Positions 47,437 through 55,710 of a DNA stretch of 64,000 nucleotides are shown here, piece by piece. This DNA is from a virus: positions 1 through 64,000 of IMG/VR virus record IMGVR_UViG_3300043331_000919; one strand, 5' to 3'. The stretch's first letter is position 1. Each line of letters opens with the position of its first letter. Made by a program: the position numbers and the translations under genes. The notes below the pieces were generated by a model. That model made no database searches. It had not been told where the DNA came from and was given only the letters and a program-made list of their open reading frames with translations.

Positions 47437-48452
47437 GAACCCTCCCGGATCGCCTTGGCCTCCTCGCGAGCCCGCGCGAAGCCGTAGTCGGTGAGCTTGC
47501 GGCCCCGGCCGGTGATCGTGATGAGCCCGCGCTGCAGCAGCTGCTGCTCGTGGTGGTGGATCGGGCCCGGCTCGTTGAGGTTCGCCCGGATCGAGTCAGC
47601 CGACATGGTCCGCCCCTCGGCGAACGCGAGCAGGATCAGGATCTCCCGAGCGATCACGGTCAGGCCGTCGGCGGAGACGCCGGCCCACCGAAACGCCGTG
47701 GCCAGGTCGGGGTGACCCTCGGGCGCGGCGTACGACAGGTCCCGCACCCCGGTGAGGATCTGCCTCATCACCCGCGGGTTGCAGTCGGCGGCCCGGGCGA
47801 TCTGCCGGAAGTGCTCGTCGGCGAGGCCGGCTACCTGCATCCGCTCGGCGAGCGATGCGGCGATGCAGGCGCCCTCCTGGTCGGAGTACGGCACGATCGT
47901 GGGCTGAACCATGAAGCGGGAGATGAGGGTCTGGGGCAGGCGGCCAACGTCCGTTGTCGCCGCCACCACCGTGATGTGGGGCATCTCCTCGGCGCCGCGG
48001 CTGGTGTAGAGCACGCCCTCGGTCATGAACGGCAGCAGCCAGTCGGCGCGGTTCCGGTTCCCCGAGGTGAGCAGGTGCGCCTCGTCGATGAACAGGATGT
48101 CCCGATCCTCCATCGCCGACATCAGCGACTTCGCCTCGCCGGCGGTCAGCGGGCCGGTGGTCTGTACGAGACCCACCTCGGCGTGCCCGGCGATCAGTGC
48201 GGCCAGCGTCGACTTGCCGACGCCGTGCAGGCCCGACGCGAGCAGCGTGTGGTCGATCCGCGCGCCACGGGCTCGGGCTGACGCGATCGCGACCTGCAGC
48301 TGGTGCTTGGCCTCGGTCTGGCCGACGAAGCCGTCCCAGGTGCGCGGGTAGTCGGTGCCCTCGAAGATGGCCTCGCCGCGCTTCGGCGCCGGCGTGGCCG
48401 TGTCTTGGTCACTGAACAGGTCGTCCAGGATGTGCTGCGGGATGCCTCCCAC
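47433..48452 (-). CDS. ruvB: RuvB-like Holliday junction branch-migration ATPase
   Basis: PRTWDGFVGQ...HTLL.GLHGVGKST, ILFIDEAH, VAATT..G.L...LISRF, C-terminal TGRGR. Confidence 0.85.
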   Translation of the reverse strand: MGGIPQHILDDLFSDQDTATPAPKRGEAIFEGTDYPRTWDGFVGQTEAKHQLQVAIASARARGARIDHTLLASGLHGVGKSTLAALIAGHAEVGLVQTTGPLTAGEAKSLMSAMEDRDILFIDEAHLLTSGNRNRADWLLPFMTEGVLYTSRGAEEMPHITVVAATTDVGRLPQTLISRFMVQPTIVPYSDQEGACIAASLAERMQVAGLADEHFRQIARAADCNPRVMRQILTGVRDLSYAAPEGHPDLATAFRWAGVSADGLTVIAREILILLAFAEGRTMSADSIRANLNEPGPIHHHEQQLLQRGLITITGRGRKLTDYGFARAREEAKAIREGS

Positions 48453-48564
48453 GGGGACTCCTCTCTCTCGGTGTGGCGATCAGGTGGGCGAGGCGACTGC
48501 GGAGCCGCCTCACGCCGTGGTCACCTCGCTGGCTGGGCACGCAACCCGACACCAGCAGTAGCGC

Positions 48565-48939
48565 TCACCCATCGCCGTTCCTGGTGGCCTCGCGGGCAAC
48601 AGCGCGGAGGTCCAGCTCGATGCAGGCAAAGCAGTCGGGCTCGCCCTCACACCCGGAGTTGTGCTCCCAGCCCGAGTCGCCGTGGATGCTGTCCGCGATG
48701 GCGCTGACCCGCCCGGCGAGGGCGGTGATCTTCGCGGCGAGGTCGGCGGCACCCGCAGCACGAGCCTCGGCCTTGATGCGGGCGACCGAGGCGAGCAGGT
48801 CGCTGACCTCGTGCTCCACGTAGCCGTCGGATGCCTCGTTGTGCAGCGGGCAGATCGCCTCGTGGCATCGGCAGGCAAGGGCGTCCTGCTCCAGCTCGGT
48901 CAGGGTGTCGGTGTGCGCGGCGGCGTCAGGCGTGGTCAT
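48565..48939 (-). CDS. Hypothetical protein
   Basis: Cys/His clusters; RBS upstream of ATG. Confidence 0.55.
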   Translation of the reverse strand: MTTPDAAAHTDTLTELEQDALACRCHEAICPLHNEASDGYVEHEVSDLLASVARIKAEARAAGAADLAAKITALAGRVSAIADSIHGDSGWEHNSGCEGEPDCFACIELDLRAVAREATRNGDG

Positions 48940-49369
48940 CGGCCACCACTCCCTTGCCTCGGCACCGCCAGCACGGCACGTCGCTTCCTTGCTGGTGGTC
49001 GATTCCGGCCCCCTTGCACCACGAACAGGTGGTGTCGGCCTCGCGGGTGGGCTGACTGTCGGGCACAGGGTCGAAGGCGGCGCGAGGGCAGTCGGGAAAG
49101 TGCCACCACTGGTTCGCCGCGAACGCCTCGGAGCCACAGGTGCAGGGCTGGCTGTCGGCGGACCCAGCGAGACGGTCCTGGGCGAGCAGGTCTCCGACGA
49201 TGCTCTCAGCCTCGGCGCGCAGGCGCTCCCAGCCCTCGGCTGTCCCCTTCGGATCGTCCGGGTCGGGGTCGTCGTACCCGTCGGCGAAGTGCTCGGGGAT
49301 GTTCGCCGACTTGGTGAACTGGAGCGCGTCGAGGATGACGTGCAGGTGGTCGACTGACAGGTCGCTCAC
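48926..49369 (-). CDS. Hypothetical protein with Zn fingers
   Basis: CSWCKGAG...CWRCRGKG; GTGA overlap. Confidence 0.55.
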   Translation of the reverse strand: MSDLSVDHLHVILDALQFTKSANIPEHFADGYDDPDPDDPKGTAEGWERLRAEAESIVGDLLAQDRLAGSADSQPCTCGSEAFAANQWWHFPDCPRAAFDPVPDSQPTREADTTCSWCKGAGIDHQQGSDVPCWRCRGKGVVADDHA

Positions 49370-50049
49370 TCGATCTCCTCTCTCAGGACGTGCTTGATGC
49401 TGGCCTCGTCGACCGGCCAGAGCATGTCGTGCAGCGTGAACGTGTGCTTCTCGGCGAGCCACATCACGGTGCCGTTGGCGTCGAACACGGCGAGCGGCTC
49501 GTTCTCTGCGTCGCGGAGCACCATCGCTGCCACTCCGTGGTAGGCGTCTGGGCCCTTGTTCGTCGCGCGGAAGCCGCTGGGCGCGAACGAGCCGCGAGCG
49601 TGCGCGCCGTAGGCGTCCTCGAACGACTCCCGGGCGAGTCGCAGGTTCTCGATCGTGGGCGCAAGGTACGGCGGGCACTGCCAGGCCCAGTCGACCATCT
49701 GCTCGCCGTCCTGGTAGGCCACGGCGAACAGTGCGATCGGCTTGCCGTCCGGGCCGGTGAGCGACTCCCAGCGCCACTCGGTGCCGTCCGGCGCCTGGTA
49801 ACGCACGTTCGCAGGATCCTTCGCCTGCTCCTTCAACATCGCCTTCCTCTCCGGCCACGCGTCGATGGTGGCCGTGATCTTCTTGTAGCCGGAGGCGCCG
49901 ATGCCTCGCAGTCTGCGGACCTGCTTGTTGTCGACCAGCTCGGCGAGCTGTTCGAGCGTGGTGATGCCCGACTGCGCCAACGCGTTGAGCTCCCGAGTTC
50001 CCAGCGCACCCCACGGCTCGGTTGCCCCGAGTTCCACTGAAGTGCTCAT
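49366..50049 (-). CDS. Hypothetical protein with N-terminal HhH / RNAP alpha-CTD-like motif
   Basis: LGTRELNALAQSGITTLEQL...LRGIGASGYKKI. Confidence 0.6.
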   Translation of the reverse strand: MSTSVELGATEPWGALGTRELNALAQSGITTLEQLAELVDNKQVRRLRGIGASGYKKITATIDAWPERKAMLKEQAKDPANVRYQAPDGTEWRWESLTGPDGKPIALFAVAYQDGEQMVDWAWQCPPYLAPTIENLRLARESFEDAYGAHARGSFAPSGFRATNKGPDAYHGVAAMVLRDAENEPLAVFDANGTVMWLAEKHTFTLHDMLWPVDEASIKHVLREEIE

Positions 50050-50306
50050 TCCTCTCCTCCTTCTCGATTGCGGTTGAGCGGGTCGCTCTCCCCGCGGGCG
50101 ACCCAGTACTCGTTCATCACGAGCCCGTGAGCGAGGATCAGTCGGTCGGCGAGCAGCTGCAGCTGACGCGACTGCTGCACCCTGGCCTCCCGCTCCCGCT
50201 TCGGGCCTCTGTTGTCTCCCGAGTCACGGTGATCGGCACCGTGAAGTTCATCGGTCAGGTCCAGCACGTCGTCGAGCACGCTCTGCACCTTGGACAGGTC
50301 GATCAC
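50046..50306 (-). CDS. Hypothetical protein
   Basis: Overlapping start/stop coupling. Confidence 0.55.
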   Translation of the reverse strand: MIDLSKVQSVLDDVLDLTDELHGADHRDSGDNRGPKREREARVQQSRQLQLLADRLILAHGLVMNEYWVARGESDPLNRNREGGEE

Positions 50307-50620
50307 CCGTCACCTCCATCCAGCCAGAGCTCTACGAGCTCGCGGTTGTCCAGGTCGATGGGGGCCTCGTGGATCGTGTCCGACTCCGGCCACCAGAAGG
50401 GATCGCGAGTGCAGGTGTCCGGTCGATCTGCGAGTGGCTCGAAGACGATGTGCGCCCCGCCCGTAGTTGGTCGCGTCAGGTTGGCGAAGCGATCCCGAGT
50501 CTTCGCAGGCAGCTCTGAGAGGTCGCGAACGACACCGGGCAGCCCGATCCACTCGAACTGATTCAGGGGTGGCGAGGCGCGCGAGATCAGCACACGGTCG
50601 CCGGGGCGGAACCTACTCAT
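50303..50620 (-). CDS. SH3-like protein with C-terminal WLD tag (DLDNRELVELWLDG)
   Basis: MSRFRPGDRVLI start overlapping the upstream gene end. Confidence 0.6.
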   Translation of the reverse strand: MSRFRPGDRVLISRASPPLNQFEWIGLPGVVRDLSELPAKTRDRFANLTRPTTGGAHIVFEPLADRPDTCTRDPFWWPESDTIHEAPIDLDNRELVELWLDGGDG

Positions 50621-50888
50621 CGAGCCACTCCTCCAATGCCTCGCGGTCGTCGATCGGCACCACGCGGCCGAGGTAGGCGACCCGCTGCTCGCGGGTGACC
50701 TCCAGCACGTTGCCTTCGACCGGAAGGGCGTAGACGCGTTCCCCATTGACGAAGGGCCCGGGCCGGAGCGGGTCGACGCACAGCCAGGTCTCGGCGAATG
50801 GCCGCATGCGCCGGTCTACGCGCGCGAACCGGTCGCCGGGCCGCAGGTCGATCGCAAGGATGATGGGCGGCGCGAGGTCGTCAGTCAT
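50613..50888 (-). CDS. SH3-like protein with C-terminal WLD tag (PIDDREALEEWLDE)
   Basis: DLRPGDRF pattern. Confidence 0.6.
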   Translation of the reverse strand: MTDDLAPPIILAIDLRPGDRFARVDRRMRPFAETWLCVDPLRPGPFVNGERVYALPVEGNVLEVTREQRVAYLGRVVPIDDREALEEWLDE

Positions 50889-51027
50889 CGAGGAACTCCT
50901 CCGCTCCATCGCGGGTCGACAGGTCAGGACGCTCGGCCACCCGTTCGGACTCCTGGATCCGGCGGGTCGCCGGGCAGTCGCGGGGCTCATGGTCTCCGTC
51001 GCAAAGTCCGCAGTATGCGTCAGTCAT
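50881..51027 (-). CDS. 48-aa micro-protein with tag variant (DLSTRDGAEEFLDD)
   Basis: Hand-translated: MTDAYCGLCDGDHEPRDCPATRRIQESERVAERPDLSTRDGAEEFLDD*; fills the gap with overlaps on both sides. Confidence 0.6.
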   Translation of the reverse strand: MTDAYCGLCDGDHEPRDCPATRRIQESERVAERPDLSTRDGAEEFLDD

Positions 51028-52006
51028 CGAGCATCGCCTCCCGCAGGCCGCGGAGCGCCTCGTGCGCCACCTCCGCGGCAGCCGCCGTCACGTCCTGGTT
51101 CACCTGCAGGTTCTCCATGTGCTCCGTCGCGTTGTTGAGCACCTCGTCGTAGCGGGCCTGCAGCTTGGCGTACGCCGCCGGCGTGATCGACTTCCGCGTC
51201 GACAGCAGCTCGTCGACCTCGCGCGTCAGGTCGCGCAGCGACTGGCTGGCCTCCCGCTCGAACACCTTCGCCATGAACGCGCGTTCCCGCTCTAGGTCGA
51301 CCATCGGGATCATGTTCATGTGGCAGCCACCGCCGAAGCGGCTGACCAGATCTGCGACCCGGGCGAGCTCGTCGTCACGACTGGAGTGCACGAAGTAGAC
51401 GCCGCCCTTGATCTCGATGGCGTTGAGCTTCTTCAGGTAGCTGCGGATGCAGCCGCGGACCTTCTGGCCGTCGAGGAAGTCGTAGTAGTCGTGGTAGCGC
51501 GACACGATGTCCTTCGCCACCTGCTGCACCAGGGTGAGCTCGCCCTTCTCCAGGTTGGTCGGGTTCACCTGCACGCGCAGGTGGGCGGCGCTCTGGTCGT
51601 CGGCCTTGGTGGGCCGGTAGAAGGTGCAGGTGATCGCCTCGGTGTAGGAGAGCCGGCGCTTGCCGCCGTCCTTGACCTCCCGGGTGATCTGGCGGGTGAT
51701 GTAGTTCGGCGTCGAGGAGACCTCGCGGCACAGCAGGTTGCCGGTGCGGTCCTTGGACATCGGGTAGGTGTCCTTGGTGTCCGAGGTGGCCTTCTTGAAG
51801 GCGTCGAGGTACTTGTTCGGCGCCGGCAGGTAGGCCTCGTCGAGGTCGAGGTCGCGGAACCACTTCACCATGTCGTCGCGTCGGATGGGCTCGTCGGTGA
51901 TCGTGAACAGCACGATCCGGCCGAGCAGAACGTCCGTTGGTAGGTCGTTCAGCTCGTCGATGTACGCCCGGAGCTCGGACGGCTTGGACTTCTTCGCTGT
52001 GGCCAT
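51020..52006 (-). CDS. Conserved hypothetical protein (possibly DUF6744/DUF3150-like, near the AAA-vWA module)
   Basis: 328 aa, strong codon bias, GGVYFV motif; family assignment tentative. Confidence 0.6.
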   Translation of the reverse strand: MATAKKSKPSELRAYIDELNDLPTDVLLGRIVLFTITDEPIRRDDMVKWFRDLDLDEAYLPAPNKYLDAFKKATSDTKDTYPMSKDRTGNLLCREVSSTPNYITRQITREVKDGGKRRLSYTEAITCTFYRPTKADDQSAAHLRVQVNPTNLEKGELTLVQQVAKDIVSRYHDYYDFLDGQKVRGCIRSYLKKLNAIEIKGGVYFVHSSRDDELARVADLVSRFGGGCHMNMIPMVDLERERAFMAKVFEREASQSLRDLTREVDELLSTRKSITPAAYAKLQARYDEVLNNATEHMENLQVNQDVTAAAAEVAHEALRGLREAMLDD

Positions 52007-52030
52007 GGGCCAGCCTCCCGTTGAGGTCTG

Positions 52031-52258
52031 TCAGAGGACGGAGTCGATGTACTCGCGGAGCACCTTCCCGCACAACTCGCAGCGCTCGGTGATGCGCAGA
52101 GAGCCGTTCCGGTCCGGGCTAGGGGCTTCCTCGACCATGTGGTCGTGGCAGTCGTGGTTGGTGATGTTCTCCTCGCGGAACTCGTCGTCCTCGGCCTCGG
52201 CGCGCTCGTACTCGGCCTGGATCGAGTGTGCCCAGGCGATCGGGTCGCGCTCGCTCAC
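52031..52258 (-). CDS. Hypothetical protein (CxxC)
   Basis: GTGA overlap. Confidence 0.55.
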   Translation of the reverse strand: MSERDPIAWAHSIQAEYERAEAEDDEFREENITNHDCHDHMVEEAPSPDRNGSLRITERCELCGKVLREYIDSVL

Positions 52259-52647
52259 GAGCTCGCCCACCCGAAGAAGACGAACTGGTGGCTCTGCCTG
52301 ACGGGCGCGTCGAGCCACTCGTCCAGGCTTTGACCCGGCGCCGGCTTGTCACTGCCGTCGGCGCGCGGCGGGGCGTCGGGCTCCAGGATCGGGATGCAGC
52401 CGGCCGGGCCCCACTTGTCGGCGATCAGGTGGTGGTCCTCGCTGCACATCCGCTCGGCCAGCGCGATCGCGTCGTGGTGGAGCAGGCCGTTCTTGTGCTC
52501 TGGGATGAGCGTGAACTCGTCCTTCTCGGCGATCGTGCCGGTGTAGCCACCGTGGCCGTGCTCGTAGGCGGCGTCGGACACCGCGCGTTGGAACGCGGTC
52601 TTCGCGTCCGTCCCGGTGGCAACGGTGATGAAGGTCTCGGCTCCCAT
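52255..52647 (-). CDS. Hypothetical protein with inserted WLD tag (QSLDEWLDA)
   Basis: MGAETF...YEHGHGGYTGTIAEK...DKWGPAGCI...FFGWASS. Confidence 0.7.
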   Translation of the reverse strand: MGAETFITVATGTDAKTAFQRAVSDAAYEHGHGGYTGTIAEKDEFTLIPEHKNGLLHHDAIALAERMCSEDHHLIADKWGPAGCIPILEPDAPPRADGSDKPAPGQSLDEWLDAPVRQSHQFVFFGWASS

Positions 52648-52650
52648 GTG

Positions 52651-52968
52651 TCAGTCCTCCTTGTCGAGCCAGCGCTCGACTGCGTGCGTGTCGTTCATGT
52701 CGGGGATCGCAGACTCGACGACCTCCAGGCAGCGGAAGTCGACGCCGATCGCCATGCTGTCCTCGTCGAGGTCTGTCCCGTTCGAGGCGTAGACGCCGTC
52801 GCCCCAGAGAACCCAGGCGATGCCGGGGCTGCTGGTGTCGATCTCGGTGACCTCGCCCATCGCGCCGATCCCGGCGTATGGCCTGCAGAGACCCTCCGTC
52901 GCTCCGCGGAAGGTCAGGTTGGTCGCGAGGCGCACTCGGTCGCCCTCGCGGATCACGAGTCGAGCCAT
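52651..52968 (-). CDS. SH3-like protein with C-terminal WLD tag (DMNDTHAVERWLDK)
   Basis: IREGDRVRL pattern. Confidence 0.65.
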   Translation of the reverse strand: MARLVIREGDRVRLATNLTFRGATEGLCRPYAGIGAMGEVTEIDTSSPGIAWVLWGDGVYASNGTDLDEDSMAIGVDFRCLEVVESAIPDMNDTHAVERWLDKED

Positions 52969-53285
52969 GCCTCCACCTCCTCGCGGTCTGTGCTCTCCGG
53001 AGCGTCGTACTTCCTGGTGGGCAGGGCCACCCCGGCGTAGCTCTGGATGCAAGCCCAGAGTCGCTCGCCGGCGTCCTTGCACTTGCGGCGCTCCATCGAC
53101 TGGCCGCGCGCCGTGGTGGCCGCGGCGACCGCGTAGAAGACCGCGTTGCGTGCATCTTCGAGCGGGACGCTCTCGCCCTCCGCGAGGCGGAGCAGCACGT
53201 TGCGCCACTCGTCGAGCACCTTCCGCAGCGTGCTCAACTCCCGCGCGTCAGCCCGCCGGGGCTCGGCGAGGTGAATGAACAGCAT
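52953..53285 (-). CDS. Hypothetical protein with C-terminal WLD tag (STDREEVEAWLDS)
   Basis: GAGGAG RBS after the vWA stop. Confidence 0.65.
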   Translation of the reverse strand: MLFIHLAEPRRADARELSTLRKVLDEWRNVLLRLAEGESVPLEDARNAVFYAVAAATTARGQSMERRKCKDAGERLWACIQSYAGVALPTRKYDAPESTDREEVEAWLDS

Positions 53286-53293
53286 GGCTCTCC

Positions 53294-54847
53294 TCAGATC
53301 GTCCGGAACAGTTCCTGCACGCCCTCGGGGGAGGCGTTCAGGCTGTTGATGTTCATGCAGCGGTCGGCGAGATCCTTCAGGTTGTTGCGGAACGGCTCGC
53401 CACCGATCTGCAGCCCGTAGCAGCGGATGCCGGCGGACTCGCGCAGCTCGCGCCACTCCTCGATGAACTCGGGGCTGACCCGGCAGTCGTCGTCGGTGAT
53501 GAAGACGACGTCGGGCAGGTCGCGCCCGCCGCGCTGGTAGTCGCGCACGATGTTCGCGGCCATGGCGATGGGCCGCTCGTACTGCGTGCCGCCGGAGAAG
53601 AAGTGCTCGGTGAACTCGATGACCTTCTCGATCGCCATGACGCCGCCGGGGAAGTCGATGCGCCACTGCTGGCTCGGGCTGGAGAAGCCGATGTAGGTGA
53701 AGTCCCGGCCGCCCCGGCGCGCCTGGTCGCACAGCGCCAGCGCCACGGCCTTCGACCACGCCTCGCGGGTGTTGCCCTCGTCGTCGACGCGAGCGCCCAT
53801 CGAGCCGGACTCGTCGCAGACCACGATGATCGGGCCCTTGCCGGCGCGCTCCGGGCCCACGGTCTCCCACTGCATGAGCTGGTGCCGGTGGTAGCGCAGC
53901 CAGAACTGGTCCTCCAGCTCAGGGATCGCCAGCGCGTTGATCTCGTTGGCGACCAGCTTCGCGATGTCGCGGCCAGTGGTGACGTCGCGGCGCTCGGCCG
54001 GCGCGCCGGTGACCTTGCGACGACGCTCGGCGTCCGCGAACTGGCGGAACGCGCCCACGAGGTCGGCGAGCTGCTTGATCTTGCCCCGGTCCAGGCGCTC
54101 CGCGAGGCGCCGGCGCTCCTCGAACGACATGCGCTGCAGCGTGCCGTCCTCCACGCCGTAGCCCTGCATGGCCTCCTGCTCGGCCTCGATCTTGTCCGCG
54201 GCGTCCTTCAGGCCCTTCTTCACCTGCTCCTTGGCCTGCTCGGCGTTCGCCTCGGCGTCGCCCTCGGCCTGCGCCATGGCGGCCATCGCCTGCGCGAGCG
54301 ACTCCGCGGCCTCCTCCTGGCCCTCGCCACTCTGCTGGGCCGCCTGCGCCGCTGCCAGCGCCTCCTGCAGCGCCTGCTGTGCTTGCGCGACGGCCTCGTT
54401 GATCTCGTCGGCGGCCTGCATCATGTCGTCCATGCGGTCGCGCATCGTGATCATGGCCAGCGCGGTGTTGTACTCGTCGAGCTTGGTGTGTGACCGGATG
54501 TAGGAGAACTCCTCGTCCTCGAACATCTGCCCGAGCATCGCGTGCTGCGCGACGTACTCCGGCTTCATCCGCGCCTGCTCGGTGAACCGCGGGTCTGCCT
54601 GGTTGAGCAGGTTGAACAGATCCTGGTAGCCGGCGCGCGCGGTGTCACGCTCCTCGGCGGCCTCGTTGACCTGCTCAGCGAGCGCGGGCACCTGGTCCAG
54701 CGTGGTGAGGTAGGCGAACCGGTCGAACCGGTCGAACTTCACCGCGTGCGTCTCGGTCGGTGTGACCGGCTTCGACGCGGCGACGGGGTCGTCCCAGAAG
54801 TCGTCGCCCTGCGCCTTCGCGATCATCTTGTCGAGGTACTCGCTCAT
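53294..54847 (-). CDS. vWA domain protein (ViaA-like)
   Basis: GPIIVVCDESGSM MIDAS, GGTQY, DVVFITD. Confidence 0.85.
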   Translation of the reverse strand: MSEYLDKMIAKAQGDDFWDDPVAASKPVTPTETHAVKFDRFDRFAYLTTLDQVPALAEQVNEAAEERDTARAGYQDLFNLLNQADPRFTEQARMKPEYVAQHAMLGQMFEDEEFSYIRSHTKLDEYNTALAMITMRDRMDDMMQAADEINEAVAQAQQALQEALAAAQAAQQSGEGQEEAAESLAQAMAAMAQAEGDAEANAEQAKEQVKKGLKDAADKIEAEQEAMQGYGVEDGTLQRMSFEERRRLAERLDRGKIKQLADLVGAFRQFADAERRRKVTGAPAERRDVTTGRDIAKLVANEINALAIPELEDQFWLRYHRHQLMQWETVGPERAGKGPIIVVCDESGSMGARVDDEGNTREAWSKAVALALCDQARRGGRDFTYIGFSSPSQQWRIDFPGGVMAIEKVIEFTEHFFSGGTQYERPIAMAANIVRDYQRGGRDLPDVVFITDDDCRVSPEFIEEWRELRESAGIRCYGLQIGGEPFRNNLKDLADRCMNINSLNASPEGVQELFRTI

Positions 54848-55173
54848 GTGAGCCCTTCCTGCTGCTTGAACTGACGGAGAGCCTTGCGTAGGCCCTCCTC
54901 GTTGTACTCGCTGTCGATCGGGCCGAACTCAGCGCCAAGCGCGAACCGCCACGCGGTGGCTGCGTCGGGCCCGCGGCCCCAGTTGCCGCTGAACTCGACT
55001 TGGTAGACGTCGTCGCTGACCCAGCCCTCGGTGACGCCGTCACCGACGTCCACCAGCCACTTGCCGGCGTCGAGGTCGCCGAGAAAGTAGGCGTCCCCCT
55101 TGCGCTCCTCCAGCAGCGGCTCCGTGTCGTCGAGCCACTCCTCGACCGCGTCGCGATCGCTCGGATCAGGCAT
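54844..55173 (-). CDS. Acidic protein with N-terminal WLD tag (DPSDRDAVEEWLDD)
   Basis: Coding part of ORF 54844..55314. Confidence 0.65.
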   Translation of the reverse strand: MPDPSDRDAVEEWLDDTEPLLEERKGDAYFLGDLDAGKWLVDVGDGVTEGWVSDDVYQVEFSGNWGRGPDAATAWRFALGAEFGPIDSEYNEEGLRKALRQFKQQEGLT

Positions 55174-55453
55174 CAGCATCGAGGAACTCCTCCGCCTTCG
55201 CGCGGGTGGACAGGTCGAACGCCGACACCCTGATGAGGCACGGGTCGATCCAGAAGTGCTGGCCGGTGCCGAGCACCTCGACGTGGACGTCGTGCCACTC
55301 TTCGACGTGACCACGCACGATGCCGACCGTGCCGGCGTCGACGTACTGCTCGGTCTCCGAGCCGGGCTCGCGCCACACCTCGCCGGCCCTCGTGGAAACG
55401 AGCGTTCCCTCGTCCGGGAACACCGGCGTGTCGACGCAGGCCCAGCCGCTCAT
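55166..55453 (-). CDS. SH3-like protein with tag variant (DLSTRAKAEEFLDA)
   Basis: ATGA overlap start. Confidence 0.6.
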   Translation of the reverse strand: MSGWACVDTPVFPDEGTLVSTRAGEVWREPGSETEQYVDAGTVGIVRGHVEEWHDVHVEVLGTGQHFWIDPCLIRVSAFDLSTRAKAEEFLDADA

Positions 55454-55710
55454 CCCGCCCGCTCCTCGTCCCACCTGACCTGATCGCCGAGCACGTCGCG
55501 GGTCAACGACAGCGCCTCGCCGCGGATCGCGCCCTTCAGCGCCTTCAGGGCCTCCATCACGAGCGGGCTGGCGGTCTCCACGACCACCACCGCGGAGCCG
55601 TGCTCCACGCTGGAGCCGAGGCAGACCTGCGCCTGCACGCCGCGCTTCAGCTCGCGGATCCCGCGCACCTCGCCCTTCAGCATCGAGGTGCCGTTGCTGA
55701 CGGTGCTCAT
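55450..55710 (-). CDS. Hypothetical protein
   Basis: ATGA overlap with the AAA gene stop. Confidence 0.55.
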   Translation of the reverse strand: MSTVSNGTSMLKGEVRGIRELKRGVQAQVCLGSSVEHGSAVVVVETASPLVMEALKALKGAIRGEALSLTRDVLGDQVRWDEERAG

